NCBI GenBank assembly: GCA_963804995.1
Contig: CAWDSK010000006.1
Location: 1,728,001-1,792,000 of the forward strand
Source: an uncultured Acidobacteriota bacterium
GTDB taxonomy: Bacteria > Acidobacteriota > Terriglobia > UBA7540
Length of the DNA stretch: 64,000 bases
Reading direction: 5' to 3'
Position numbers and translations under genes: made by a program. The stretch's first letter is position 1. Each line of letters starts with the position of its first letter. Positions 41,594 through 52,032 of the stretch are shown here, piece after piece. The notes beneath the pieces were generated by a model that saw only the letters and a list, made by a program, of their open reading frames with translations, had not been told where the DNA came from and made no database searches.

Positions 41594-41673
41594 CTAGCCA
41601 CTAACCACTATCCACTAGCCACTGCTTTACTCATACCGCAGCGCCACCATGGGATCAACCTTGGTCGCCCGGC
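41594..41673. repeat. 80-bp direct repeat of 42504-42583 (79/80 identical)
   Basis: Permease 3' end plus downstream CTAGCCA heptamer tract; offset 910 bp. Confidence 0.9.
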
Positions 41674-41717
41674 TCCTGATCCTAATAGCGGCGGCGAAAG
41701 AATCGAGTCCAGCTCAT
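41627..41717 (-). pseudogene. Internally deleted ABC-permease gene (N-terminus joined to C-terminus)
   Basis: ATG...MSWTRFFRRRY*DQE joined directly to RATKVDPMVALRYE*. Confidence 0.7.
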
Positions 41718-41728
41718 GGTGAGCTCCG

Positions 41729-42175
41729 CTAAAGCTGGTTTGGATGCACTGGGGTGAGACCCGGGAAACGATTGAAGTCTGTCACATTGAGCGTCAGGAT
41801 GTGGGGCACGCGATGCACGTACATTGCCGCTGCCAAGCGTGCGTCATGGACCTGAACCCCCAGCACACCATATTGGAAAATGATTTTCCGCCATTCTTGG
41901 TAAACCGCCTCGCTGTCGGGCAAGAGAGTCATGCCACGCTCGATGGCGCGGACTTCGGTCTCAGCTTCGTTGACGGATAAACCGAGACCATTGCGGCCCA
42001 CAGGCCGCGTCATGACGTTCCACAGTTCCGCAATATTCTGGTGCGTGTAGTGAAGCGTAGTGCCCTGCCTAGCCAGTTGAGCGAGGGCCAATGTTACAAG
42101 TTGGTGTTGTGGATCAGAGCGCCTGGTTATCCGCAACAGGATGTTGGTATCGACCACACACGCATCGATGGCCAT
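41729..42175 (-). CDS. vapC: VapC PIN-domain toxin
   Basis: VDTNILLR, QNIAE.WNV.TRP, VHDARL, LT.N..DF. Confidence 0.88.
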   Translation of the reverse strand: MAIDACVVDTNILLRITRRSDPQHQLVTLALAQLARQGTTLHYTHQNIAELWNVMTRPVGRNGLGLSVNEAETEVRAIERGMTLLPDSEAVYQEWRKIIFQYGVLGVQVHDARLAAAMYVHRVPHILTLNVTDFNRFPGLTPVHPNQL

Positions 42176-42421
42176 TTAGTCGTGATCCTGGTAGATCCAC
42201 TCTCGCGAAATGTTTTCGGGCAGCGGCGGAATCTTATCGGAGAACTGGGCCAGGGAGTCGAGCCAGGCACGAATCTCTTCGGGAGTTCGCGCTTGCCGGG
42301 TTCCAACCGAGCGCATTTCTACCTGTCGCGCCAGGATTTCTTCGGCGTAGGCTTCCGGCCGCAAACCACGAGCCTGGGCCTGTGCGGCAAGTTCGTCCGG
42401 GACGTTGACTCGGATTTCCAT
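42176..42421 (-). CDS. Putative antitoxin
   Basis: VNVPDELAAQA...G; SREWIY.DHD; abuts vapC. Confidence 0.7.
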   Translation of the reverse strand: MEIRVNVPDELAAQAQARGLRPEAYAEEILARQVEMRSVGTRQARTPEEIRAWLDSLAQFSDKIPPLPENISREWIYQDHD

Positions 42422-42536
42422 AGTAGAACTTTAACACAGCCTAGCGGGCGTCGGGCAAACAGAATTAGCGGCTGGCGCACAGGCAGGAGTGTCTGTGCCA
42501 CCACTAGCCACTAACCACTATCCACTAGCCACTGCT

Positions 42537-45242
42537 TTACTCATACCGCAGCGCCACCATGGGATCGACCTTGGTCGCCCGGCGGGCGGGAATATAACAA
42601 GCGAGCAGCGCTACTGCTGTCAGTAGGAGTGAAACGCTTACAAACGTCACGGGGTCAGTCGGTTTCACTCCATAGAGCATCCCAGCAATCACCCGAGTAG
42701 CTGCGAGCGATATCAGCAACCCGATTGCCACACCGAGCAGAGTTAGGCGCACGCCTTGCCCCACAACGAGCCTTAGCACATCACCCTGGCTAGCGCCGAG
42801 TGCCATACGGATGCCCATTTCATGCGTGCGTTGGGTCACCGAATAGGACATGACACCATAAATGCCGACGGCGGCCAGGAGTAGCGCCAGAAGACCCAGT
42901 CCGCTGGAGAGCATGGCACCTACTTGCGAAAACCATACCCAGCGCCCGACGCTTTTTACGAGTAGCGTGCAAGAGGCCTGGACGTTCGGATCCAACCTTT
43001 TGACTACACGTGGCAGCATAGCCGCAACGGTACCCGGATTCGTCTCAGCCCGGACAAGCAACTTCATGCCTAGTTGGCCGGTTTGAACAGGTGGACCCTC
43101 CGTGGTTTGAAGTATGGGAAGATAGACATAGGGCTCATCTGCTCCCCACAATCGTGCGCCTCGCGTGTTCTTAACTACGCCGACTATTTCAGCGAAAGGA
43201 ACGGACGGCGGCCCCGGCCTGAGTCGCTTGCCCACGGGGTCTCCTCCTGGCCAAAACTGTCGCGCCATCGCTTCGTTGACAATCGCAACAGGCGTTCCCC
43301 CCCGCGTGTCCAGAACACTAAAGTTACGGCCGCGCACAATTGGGACGCCCAACGTCTCGAAGTAGTTCGGCGAGACAACCCAATAATTCACCGAAAGTGA
43401 CGACAGGCTTGCTGAAGTCTCACGGCCCCCAATCGTGATGGGCGCCCCTCTACTGATGCCGCCTAACGGAGCCAGGGATGCCAAGCTTACGGACTTCACT
43501 CCGGGTAGAGTTTGCAATTGGTCTGTAAGTTCGCGGTGAAACTCCGCTGCCCGTATGTCGTCATAACCATGTAGATCCAAGTCCAAGGAGACAACGAGCA
43601 CGTGCTTCGCATCGAATCCCAGATCAACCGTTTGGGCTCTCCTCAACGCCCGGACTAGCAAACCCGCGCCCAGCAGGAGCACGACACAGATCGAGGTTTC
43701 TGCAACTACCAACAGGGTGTAGAGGCGAGAGCGGCTTAGCCCCTGGCCGAAGGGGTTGCCTCCGTCCTTAATAGCAGATAATAGATCGGGTGTCGAGGCT
43801 TGCAATGCCGGCGCGAGACCAAAGGCGGCTCCCGTGATGAGTGACAAAAGTAGTGTGTAGCCGAGTATTGGGATGTCCAGGCCCAGATGAAGAGCGATCG
43901 TTTGTTCATACGGAGGTTTCAGCGCTTCGATCAAGAGGTTCGGCATCCAACACGCCAACAAAAGTCCAACCCCCCCGCCCAACAGGGCAACCAGGGAACT
44001 CTCTGTCAGCAACTGTTGGATCAAACGGCGACGGGTCGCGCCCAGCGACAAGCGGATACCAATTTCTTTTTGTCGTCCAGTCGCCCGCGCCAGCACTAGG
44101 TTGGCCACGTTCGCACACGCGATCAGCAAAACCATGCCGACAGCGGCCATCACAAGAAAAGCCAGCGAATCGAATTGTCCTCGCACATCAGGACGCGCCA
44201 AGAAAGACCCCGGCGTCAGCGTAATACTAGCCTGCGCACTGGTTCCCAAGTAATCTCGAGAAAATCGATTAATGAGGACATCCATGCCTCCCTGAGCTTG
44301 CCTGATGGACACGCTAGGCCTTAGACGAGCAACAACCTCGAGCCAAAACGAACCGCGGTCGGGCAGTCGATCATCGTGCGGCATCAGCTGGCCCTGCATC
44401 GTCAGCGGCACCCAAAGATCAGGAATTTGAGGCTCTGTACCAATGAAGTCTTGGCCGGCGATTCCCACTATCGTGAACCGAATGCCATTGAGCTTCACAC
44501 TCTTCCCCACTGCGGCCGGATCAGAATCAAAGTGCCGCTTCCAGAAGGCGTGGCTCAGAACCACCACTGGGTCAGCACTGGGAGCCTGATCTTCTTCGGG
44601 CGTAAACGTGCGCCCGAGCACAGCCTCCCCGCCAAGCACGGTGAAATAGTTTCCCGACACGAGGAGTGCATGGGCTTCTTCGGCTTCCCGAGTAGTGGCA
44701 TCGCTACCGAGTTCAACCGCTATCCAAGCGTGCGCGACGAGGCCCGAGAATACGCTGTTGGAGTCTCGAAGGGCAACATACTCAGGATAGGAGAACGACC
44801 GGTAGCTGCCGGGTTCGCCCTGAATGCGCTGATAAACGTTCACGACAGTAGTGGGGTCCTTCACCGGAAGAGGTCGCAGCGTTACTGCATCGAACAATGT
44901 GAAGATAGTGGTGTTCAGGCCGATGCCCAATGCTAGCGTGAACACCGCAACCGCTGTGAAGCCGGGATTGCGGCGCAACTGGCGCAGGCCGAAGCGAACG
45001 TCCTGCCAGAGCGTCTCTGCCCAATCCCATTCCCACATTTCGCGGCTCCGCTCTTGCGCCAGGGTCACGTTGCCGAACCGGCGCAATGCTGCGTAGTGAG
45101 CTTCCTCGGGCGGCATCCCGGATTCCAGGTTCTCCTGCTCTTCCATGGCGAGATGCGAGCGAATCTCTTCCGCGAGATCGTCCACCGGCTTCCGCCGGCG
45201 AAACAGCGCCCCGAGTTTCGAAAGCTCGCGATGCCAAGTCAT
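42537..45242 (-). CDS. ABC-type duplicated orphan permease (ADOP, two MacB_PCD-FtsX halves)
   Basis: LRRFGN, LALGIG.NT.IF, LLIACANVANL, SVTQRTHEMGIRMALGA, VDPMVALRYE. Confidence 0.92.
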   Translation of the reverse strand: MTWHRELSKLGALFRRRKPVDDLAEEIRSHLAMEEQENLESGMPPEEAHYAALRRFGNVTLAQERSREMWEWDWAETLWQDVRFGLRQLRRNPGFTAVAVFTLALGIGLNTTIFTLFDAVTLRPLPVKDPTTVVNVYQRIQGEPGSYRSFSYPEYVALRDSNSVFSGLVAHAWIAVELGSDATTREAEEAHALLVSGNYFTVLGGEAVLGRTFTPEEDQAPSADPVVVLSHAFWKRHFDSDPAAVGKSVKLNGIRFTIVGIAGQDFIGTEPQIPDLWVPLTMQGQLMPHDDRLPDRGSFWLEVVARLRPSVSIRQAQGGMDVLINRFSRDYLGTSAQASITLTPGSFLARPDVRGQFDSLAFLVMAAVGMVLLIACANVANLVLARATGRQKEIGIRLSLGATRRRLIQQLLTESSLVALLGGGVGLLLACWMPNLLIEALKPPYEQTIALHLGLDIPILGYTLLLSLITGAAFGLAPALQASTPDLLSAIKDGGNPFGQGLSRSRLYTLLVVAETSICVVLLLGAGLLVRALRRAQTVDLGFDAKHVLVVSLDLDLHGYDDIRAAEFHRELTDQLQTLPGVKSVSLASLAPLGGISRGAPITIGGRETSASLSSLSVNYWVVSPNYFETLGVPIVRGRNFSVLDTRGGTPVAIVNEAMARQFWPGGDPVGKRLRPGPPSVPFAEIVGVVKNTRGARLWGADEPYVYLPILQTTEGPPVQTGQLGMKLLVRAETNPGTVAAMLPRVVKRLDPNVQASCTLLVKSVGRWVWFSQVGAMLSSGLGLLALLLAAVGIYGVMSYSVTQRTHEMGIRMALGASQGDVLRLVVGQGVRLTLLGVAIGLLISLAATRVIAGMLYGVKPTDPVTFVSVSLLLTAVALLACYIPARRATKVDPMVALRYE

Positions 45243-45424
45243 AGTTAGCTCTCAGCTACCGCCCGCCGGGTTGTTCCAAGCACGCCCCACCGAGGATGAA
45301 AATGCGCGGCGCGCTTTGGAGTGCGGTCGCAGCAGCTACCGCCTTCCGCCTTCTGTTCATACGGCGACGGTGCCAGGGAAAGCGGTAGCTGCTGCGACCG
45401 CACTCCAAAGTGCCTGCGGCACAG

Positions 45425-45781
45425 CTATTCCCCGGACTCGGCGGGCCGCAGAACGCCGGTAACGGCCCGCACAAAACGCTCCCAACGTGAGGTCTCCGCT
45501 ACTAATTGCCGCCGTCCCGCCGCGGTCAAGCGGTAGTACTTGGCCCGCTGGTTATTCTTGGAAACTCCCCACTCGGCCGAAATCCAACCCTCCTGTTGCA
45601 GGCGCTGGAGCGCGGGGTAGAGCGACCCGTGCTCCACCCGGAGCGTCTCTTCGGACATCCGCTCAATCGACTTCGCAATGCCATGCCCGTGCGTGGGTCC
45701 CCAGCGCAAGGTGCGCAGAATCAGCATGTCGAGGGAGCCGTAAACGAGTTCAATGCGGTCTTGGGAGGATTGCTTGGCCAT
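45425..45781 (-). CDS. PadR family transcriptional regulator
   Basis: [33 protein letters not shown]. Confidence 0.92.
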   Translation of the reverse strand: MAKQSSQDRIELVYGSLDMLILRTLRWGPTHGHGIAKSIERMSEETLRVEHGSLYPALQRLQQEGWISAEWGVSKNNQRAKYYRLTAAGRRQLVAETSRWERFVRAVTGVLRPAESGE

Positions 45782-45809
45782 TGTGGCAGGTAATCTACTA
45801 CTCCGGGTG

Positions 45810-45822
45810 GTAGATTGTCTAC
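45810..45822. promoter_or_regulatory. Candidate PadR operator
   Basis: GTAGA-TTG-TCTAC palindrome 28 nt upstream of padR. Confidence 0.5.
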
Positions 45823-46060
45823 TAAATAATTGGTGGGGGGCGCCCTCATCTGGCGAAGTGATTCGAAATAGAGGTTCGGACTTCCCAGCCCCGAAGGAGC
45901 GACCTAGTACATCCCAGGCATGCTCCAAGGCACTGCGCACGAGAGATCATAGCCCTCGCCCTTGGGGAGAGGGCTATGATTCCTAGTGCTTGCCAGCCCC
46001 GAAGGGGCGACCTAATCTGGCGAAGTGATTTCGCAATAGCAAGTAGCGTGGCCCTGGTAC

Positions 46061-46220
46061 GTAGCGCGGTCCCCCGGTTTTGGGGTCCGCGGTCCTTCAT
46101 TTGAAAGATCCACAAATCCTAAACCCGGGCGGCCACACTACCCACGGTTCTTCGTCGCGATACATTAACTCAAGTGGGGCACCAAGAACCGCGGACCCCA
46201 AAACCGGGGGACCGCGCTAC
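46061..46220. repeat. REP doublet (REPIN-like) GTAGCGCGGTCCCCC...GGGGGACCGCGCTAC
   Basis: Two inverted ~35-bp palindromes; same family as the intron target at 35003. Confidence 0.8.
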
Positions 46221-46291
46221 GATTGCTGCCACCAGAGGCGCTCGCTGCCTTCTCCTCTGCGGCCATTTCTGTATTTCCTGACTCCTAACTT

Positions 46292-46678
46292 CTAGCTTCT
46301 AGCTCCTGGCCTCGGACGGTAGGTAGCTGAGGTCGTATCCGTTTCCCAAATCTTTACGGCCAGAATCTCAAGGGCGCGATCCGCCACTTGCGGCCCCAAC
46401 TCGTCGTAAAAATACTTGGCAATGTTCTCCGCTGACGGGTTCAGCTTGTCAAACGGTTCCACATCGTTCAGGAAGCGATGATCCAGGCGCTCCACCAGCA
46501 CTTTGATCGCCTTGCGCAAATCCACGAAATCCAATAACAATCCCGCGGAATTAAGCTGCTCGCCGCCCACGGTCACCTGCACTTTGTAATTGTGCCCGTG
46601 CACGTTCTCGCACTTGCCCTTGTACTCGCGCAGAGCATGCCCCGCCGCGAAAGTGTATTCCACTGAGACTTCGAACAT
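46292..46678 (-). CDS. queD: 6-carboxy-5,6,7,8-tetrahydropterin synthase
   Basis: FAAGH, CENVHGHNY, LDH..LN, PSAENIA, WET. Confidence 0.93.
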   Translation of the reverse strand: MFEVSVEYTFAAGHALREYKGKCENVHGHNYKVQVTVGGEQLNSAGLLLDFVDLRKAIKVLVERLDHRFLNDVEPFDKLNPSAENIAKYFYDELGPQVADRALEILAVKIWETDTTSATYRPRPGARS

Positions 46679-46694
46679 TAGAACCTCTGGAGAA

Positions 46695-46984
46695 GGAGTT
46701 AGGAGCGAGAAGCGAGAAGCTAGGAGTCAGGAGCTAGGAGGCCCTCGAACGCACGCAGGATCTATCCATGCCCAAAAATCAGCTTGTCCCCTGAACCCCG
46801 GATAAACTCTGACTTACGACCGCCGACTTCTAACTCCTAACTTCTAGCTCCTGTCTTCCGACTCCTAGCTCCTAACTCCTACCTTCTAGCTTCTGCCTTC
46901 TCCTTCTAGCTTCTAGCTCCTGTCTTCCGACTCCTAGCTTCTAACTCCTGGCTCCTAACTTCTAGCTCCTAGCTTCTCGCTTTC
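46695..46984. repeat. Long inverted heptamer tracts (TAGGAGC-like / CTCCTAG-like); also 46276-46310
   Basis: More than 20 degenerate 7-mers. Confidence 0.8.
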
Positions 46985-48922
46985 TCATTCTCGCATGAAG
47001 GCCTTCACGTCTTCCAGCCGATTCGTCTTCTGGTAGGGTGGCAGGCTTTCGAGGAAGACTCGCCCATACGGCTTGCGCATCATGCGGTGATCCAGGATGA
47101 CCAGCACGCCGCGGTCCGTCTCACTGCGGATCAGCCTGCCGAAGCCCTGCTTGAGCGTGATGACGGCCTGCGGCACCTGATAATCGCTGAAGGCGTTGCC
47201 TCCCTCATCGTTGATATGGCGGATGCGCGCGGCGGTAATCGGGTCCGACGGCACGGCGAAGGGCAGGCGATCGATCAGCACCGCGCTTAACTGTTCACCT
47301 TGCACATCCACACCCTGCCAGAACGAACTGGTGCCGAAGAGGACCGCATGGGGAGTCGAGCGGAAGCGGTCCAGCAACTCCGTGCGCGGCATCGAGCCCT
47401 GCAGCAGCAGGGGATAGCGCACCCGCGGCCGCACGCGCTCATATACGTCGCGCATTTGCACGTAGGAAGTGAACAGCACGAAGGCGCGCCCGCGCGTGGC
47501 CTTTAACAGTTGCACCACTTCCTCCGCCGCCAGACGCGCGAAATCCGGCTCGCGCGGATCGGGCAAATGCAGCGGCGTGTAGAGCAGCGCCTGGTGCGCG
47601 TAATCGAAGTGCGAGTCGAGGATTCTTTCCCGCGCATTCTGCACACCCAGGCGCCGCTTAAGGAAATCGAAGGTGCCGCCCACGGCCAGCGTCGCGGAGG
47701 TCAGGATCACGGTCTCCACCTGCTCGAACAAACGCTCGCGCAGCAGGGCGGAAACGTCAATGGGCGTCGCCTCCAGAAACACGCCGCGCCCGCGCCGCTC
47801 CCACCAATACACCATATTGCGCTCGTTCGATTCCATCACCACCTCGAACGCCCCGCGCAATTCCTTGGCGCGCCGTGTCAGGTTGTGGATCTCCTCGGGT
47901 TGGTCCGGCAGGCGGCTCAGTTCGGTTTCGAGAAGCAGCAGCGCATTCGTCAGGCCCGTGTAGGCCCCGCGATGGACGTCGAGGAAACTATCGCGATTGT
48001 CGAAGTTGGTGCGGCCCTGGTTGGCGGGAAAAAGCTCGAAAAAATTATCGGCGCGGCGGCGCAGCTCACCCACCGCGGAGAGGGGCTCCGGCGCCTTGAG
48101 ACCCTTCTGCCGCAGCGTCACTTCCGTGTCGCGCGCCAGCTCCTCCACCCGGTAATTGCTGACCTGCAAGCCGAAGTACTGCGTGGCCACGTCTTCCATC
48201 TCGTGCGCTTCATCGAAAACCAGTGCCGCGTAATCGGGAAGCAGCGTGGCGTAATCCATCTGGCGCAAAGCGAGGTCGGCAAAAAACAGATGATGGTTCA
48301 CAATCAGCAAATCGGATTCCGCGGCGCGCTGGTGCATGAGCGTGATGAAACAACGCTCGAATTGCGCGCACTTCTGGCCGGTGCAGGTCTCGCGACGGGC
48401 GTCCACCTGCTTCCAAAGTTCGCTCGAATCCGGCAGCCAACCCAGTTCCGCGCGGTCGCCCGTTTCCGTGCGCTCCTCCCACTTGCGCAGCTTCGGGTAC
48501 TGCTCGACTTCTTCCATGCCGTTCAGCACCGGCTGCTTCTCGATGTCATAAAGCTTTTGCCGGCACAGATAATTCTGGCGGCCCTTCATCAGCGTGACGC
48601 GCAGTTGAGGGAAAAGCTTTTTTAGAAACGGCACGTCCTTGTAGAAAAGCTGCTCCTGCAGATTCTTCGTGCCCGTGGAAATCACGGCGCGCGCCCCACT
48701 GCGCATCAGCGGCACCAGATACGCCAGCGTCTTGCCCGTGCCCGTCCCCGCCTCCACAATCAGGTGCTGGCGGCTCTCAAGCGCCGACTCGACGCTCTCC
48801 GCCATTTCGAGCTGGCCGGGACGGTACTCGTAATTCGGATGGTGACGAGCCAGCCATCCCCCCGGCGCAAAAACCTTCTCGAGGGGGAGTTTTTCAGACA
48901 ACTTTTTATCCGTAATCGACAT
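46985..48922 (-). CDS. dinG: DinG/YoaA family ATP-dependent DNA helicase
   Basis: EAGTGTGKT, KGRQNYLC, Fe-S Cys, DEAH, TSATL, QGFGRLIR. Confidence 0.9.
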   Translation of the reverse strand: MSITDKKLSEKLPLEKVFAPGGWLARHHPNYEYRPGQLEMAESVESALESRQHLIVEAGTGTGKTLAYLVPLMRSGARAVISTGTKNLQEQLFYKDVPFLKKLFPQLRVTLMKGRQNYLCRQKLYDIEKQPVLNGMEEVEQYPKLRKWEERTETGDRAELGWLPDSSELWKQVDARRETCTGQKCAQFERCFITLMHQRAAESDLLIVNHHLFFADLALRQMDYATLLPDYAALVFDEAHEMEDVATQYFGLQVSNYRVEELARDTEVTLRQKGLKAPEPLSAVGELRRRADNFFELFPANQGRTNFDNRDSFLDVHRGAYTGLTNALLLLETELSRLPDQPEEIHNLTRRAKELRGAFEVVMESNERNMVYWWERRGRGVFLEATPIDVSALLRERLFEQVETVILTSATLAVGGTFDFLKRRLGVQNARERILDSHFDYAHQALLYTPLHLPDPREPDFARLAAEEVVQLLKATRGRAFVLFTSYVQMRDVYERVRPRVRYPLLLQGSMPRTELLDRFRSTPHAVLFGTSSFWQGVDVQGEQLSAVLIDRLPFAVPSDPITAARIRHINDEGGNAFSDYQVPQAVITLKQGFGRLIRSETDRGVLVILDHRMMRKPYGRVFLESLPPYQKTNRLEDVKAFMRE

Positions 48923-49281
48923 AAGCAGCAATCAGCAGTCAGCGGTCAGAATGTCCGCACCCGCGAACAGCATGTGTCCCCGTTGTGCGCCGTGTAGCCC
49001 CGTAGTCACCGTCGTCCCACCAAAAACTCCGCCTCCTCGCAAATTCAGAAAGATGGGACAATGGCGCATCCGCTTGACAGGTCCTCGGCAGGGAGTCTAA
49101 GTTGGATTGTCGCTATCGCACTCCTCAAGTGATGGGGCAAGGCGACCAACAGGAAGAATATCACAGAGGTCATCGGCCGGCGCGAACGAACCGCGAACGC
49201 TCATTTCACGCCGGACCCTAGACCGATCCTTTTGACTTTCAACTTTCGACTTTCAACTCTTCACCTTCGACCGTTTCCCTC

Positions 49282-50667
49282 ATGGCCTTACTACCTCGCA
49301 TCGTGATTCTCGGCCGCCCGAATGTCGGCAAGTCAACGTTGTTCAATCGCATCTGCGGGCACCGTCGCGCGCTGGTCGGCGATGAACCCGGCATGACGCG
49401 CGATCGCCTCTACGCACGCGCCGAGTGGCTGGGCAAGCCTTTCGAAGTTATCGACACCGGCGGCATTATTCCCGCGGATGAGGAATTGATTCCCATCGAA
49501 ATCTATCGCCAGGCGCAGATGGCCATCGAGGAAGCCGCGCATCTGGTGCTCGTCGTGGACGCTCAGGAAGGCGTGGTGCCAATGGATCAAGAGTTGGCGC
49601 AACTCCTTCGCCGCACGGGGAAGAGCCTGGTGCTGGCCGTGAACAAGATCGACTCAGCGCAGCACTCGCCGCTCGCTGCGGAATTTCATCGCCTGGGCAT
49701 CAAGCACATCTTCCCCCTTTCGGCCGAGCACGGTTTGGGTATCGATGATTTGCTCAACTATGTAACGGCGGGATTCCAGCACGATCCCGTCGCGGAGGAT
49801 GAATCTACCAATCTTGAAAACCCTGACCTATCACCTGCGGGCCAGGAGCCTGTTCAGCCGATCACCGGGTCGGCCGATCAACCGATTAGTGTTGCCATCA
49901 TTGGCCGGCCTAACGTGGGAAAATCCACGCTCTTAAATCGCTTGCTCAACGAAGAGCGCGCGATTGTTTCTGCCGTACCGGGAACGACTCGCGACGCCAT
50001 TGACGCGGAATTTTCTCGTGACGGCCTGCACTTCCGTTTTATCGATACGGCGGGCATCCGGCGCAAAGGTAAAACCCACCTGCTAGCGGAAAAGCTGAGT
50101 GTTATTCAGGCGCGCAAACACCTGGAACGCGCGGACGTAGCGTTGCTCATTTTGGATGCGCAGGATGGCGTTACCGCGCTCGATACCCACATCGGCGGAT
50201 ACGCGCACGAAAGCCGGCGCTCCGTGATAATTGTCGTTAATAAATGGGATGCCATCACCAAAGGCCCGACCACGACTAAGGACTTCACGGCGATGATCCG
50301 GGAACGCATGAAGTACCTGGATTACGCCCCCATCGTTTTCATCTCCGCGCTACGCGGCCAGCGGTTGGGGAATCTTTTAAAGGCGATCGGAGAGGTTGCG
50401 GAAGGCCGTCGCCTGCGGGTCAGCACCGCGGAAATGAACCGCTTTTTGAGTGAAGTAGATTTCGAGCGCGCCACCAGTCCCTCCGGCAAGCCTCAACGCC
50501 TTTACTACATGACGCAAGCCGGGGTGGCGCCGCCCATTTTCATCGTCTTCACCAACCGTAAGGGGAAACTGCACTTCTCTTTCGAGCGATTCCTCATCAA
50601 CCGCATCCGGGAAAGATTTGGCTTCGTGGGCACGCCGATTGTGATCAAGTCGAAAACCCGCCATTAG
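49282..50667 (+). CDS. der: Ribosome biogenesis GTPase Der
   Basis: Two GRPNVGKS, DTGG/DTAG and NKID/NKWD motifs; KH-like tail. Confidence 0.95.
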   Translation: MALLPRIVILGRPNVGKSTLFNRICGHRRALVGDEPGMTRDRLYARAEWLGKPFEVIDTGGIIPADEELIPIEIYRQAQMAIEEAAHLVLVVDAQEGVVPMDQELAQLLRRTGKSLVLAVNKIDSAQHSPLAAEFHRLGIKHIFPLSAEHGLGIDDLLNYVTAGFQHDPVAEDESTNLENPDLSPAGQEPVQPITGSADQPISVAIIGRPNVGKSTLLNRLLNEERAIVSAVPGTTRDAIDAEFSRDGLHFRFIDTAGIRRKGKTHLLAEKLSVIQARKHLERADVALLILDAQDGVTALDTHIGGYAHESRRSVIIVVNKWDAITKGPTTTKDFTAMIRERMKYLDYAPIVFISALRGQRLGNLLKAIGEVAEGRRLRVSTAEMNRFLSEVDFERATSPSGKPQRLYYMTQAGVAPPIFIVFTNRKGKLHFSFERFLINRIRERFGFVGTPIVIKSKTRH

Positions 50668-50869
50668 GCCGCTTCCGGGCGCACCACTGCATGTAACGCA
50701 GTCAGTCCCCAAGAGGGAGTAACCACGCAGTATCCAGCGTTCCTGATGTCTTGCTTTCAAGCCGCGTAAGGGAATGTTATACTCCGCTAGTTGCATAGAG
50801 GGTTGAAAGCGGGTCGGTATACATCATGTTCATAGTCGCAATCGGGTCCCGGAAGGGAGGTTCTTTTTC

Positions 50870-51889
50870 ATGTCCTGGGAAATGGCAGGAATACGCAGTA
50901 TCTTCGTCATCATTATCGTTGCGGCGTCCTTGCATCTTCGTCCTTTTGGGTTGTCGGGAATCAGGTCCGCGGTTTTAGGCTTTGCTCTGGGTATTTTCTT
51001 TATCTTCTTTGAAATAAGGTTGGAAAAAGCCAGCTTGAAGCGCCTGATTGGTGCTGCGATCGGGTCGATCCTTGGCATCTTGGGCGCCTTCATGATCAGT
51101 CACCTGCTGAGCTTGACGGAAATTGACAAGGCCGCCCTGTCGTTCTTTCAAGTGACCCTGCTTTTGTTGATGGCCTACGTAGGATTAGTGTTGGGCGCCA
51201 ATAAGGGCGACTTGCTAAACCTCTCCGCACTGGGCGGGCTGTTCGCCACTGAGCGGCAAACCAAGAAGAATTACAAAGTGCTCGATACCAGCGTCATCAT
51301 TGACGGTCGAATTGCGGATGTATGCGAGACAGGATTCATCGACGGCACCCTGGTCGTCCCCCAGTTCGTGCTGCGCGAACTGCAATTGGTGGCCGACTCC
51401 TCCGATCCGCTGAAACGCAATCGCGGCCGCAGGGGATTGGATATCCTCCAGCGTATGCAGAAGATGAGCGACATCACCGTGCAGATCGTGGAAGAAGATT
51501 TTCCACAGACGAGGGAAGTGGATCTGAAGCTCATCGAGTTGGCGCGGCTGTACGAAGGAAAGATCGTTACCAACGACTTCAACTTGAACAAGGTCTCCCA
51601 GCTCCAGGGAGTCGCGGTTCTGAATATCAATGAACTTGCCAACGCCCTCAAGCCCGTGGTGCTGCCCGGCGAAATCATGCGGGTGTTCATCTTGAAAGAA
51701 GGCAAGGAGTACAACCAGGGTGTCGCTTACCTGGATGACGGTACGATGGTGGTGGTGGACAACGCCAAGAAAATGATTTCCAAGACCATCGATATTTCTG
51801 TAACCAGCGTTTTGCAGACCACGGCGGGAAAGATGATCTTTGGCAAGTACGACGAGCGCAAAGCCATGGTCGAGGCGATCCACCAGTAG
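50870..51889 (+). CDS. Membrane PIN/TRAM domain protein (YacL-like)
   Basis: [39 protein letters not shown]; upstream of ispD. Confidence 0.9.
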   Translation: MSWEMAGIRSIFVIIIVAASLHLRPFGLSGIRSAVLGFALGIFFIFFEIRLEKASLKRLIGAAIGSILGILGAFMISHLLSLTEIDKAALSFFQVTLLLLMAYVGLVLGANKGDLLNLSALGGLFATERQTKKNYKVLDTSVIIDGRIADVCETGFIDGTLVVPQFVLRELQLVADSSDPLKRNRGRRGLDILQRMQKMSDITVQIVEEDFPQTREVDLKLIELARLYEGKIVTNDFNLNKVSQLQGVAVLNINELANALKPVVLPGEIMRVFILKEGKEYNQGVAYLDDGTMVVVDNAKKMISKTIDISVTSVLQTTAGKMIFGKYDERKAMVEAIHQ

Positions 51890-52032
51890 TCGAGGGTTAT
51901 TACCGCACAGAGGGCGACGGAGCCAAGCGCGTTCCGTCGCCTTTCTTTTCGCGTTGACCCCGTGGTTCCGAGCCAGGCGTTTCGAAGAGCCAAGGAAGCG
52001 CCGGCCACCTAACGTTGAGGTGCGGAGAGGGC

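Noticed and set aside
37019..46678. 7-deazaguanine DNA-modification (dpd) island
   Set aside because: No dpdA/tgt-like gene; queC/E/D look like ordinary queuosine genes and hsdR is 35 kb away
37873..46800. preQ1 riboswitch upstream of que genes
   Set aside because: No preQ1-like motif seen upstream of queE or queD
49073..49150. Structured ncRNA between dinG and der
   Set aside because: Only a weak hairpin after a TTGACA; no recognisable RNA family
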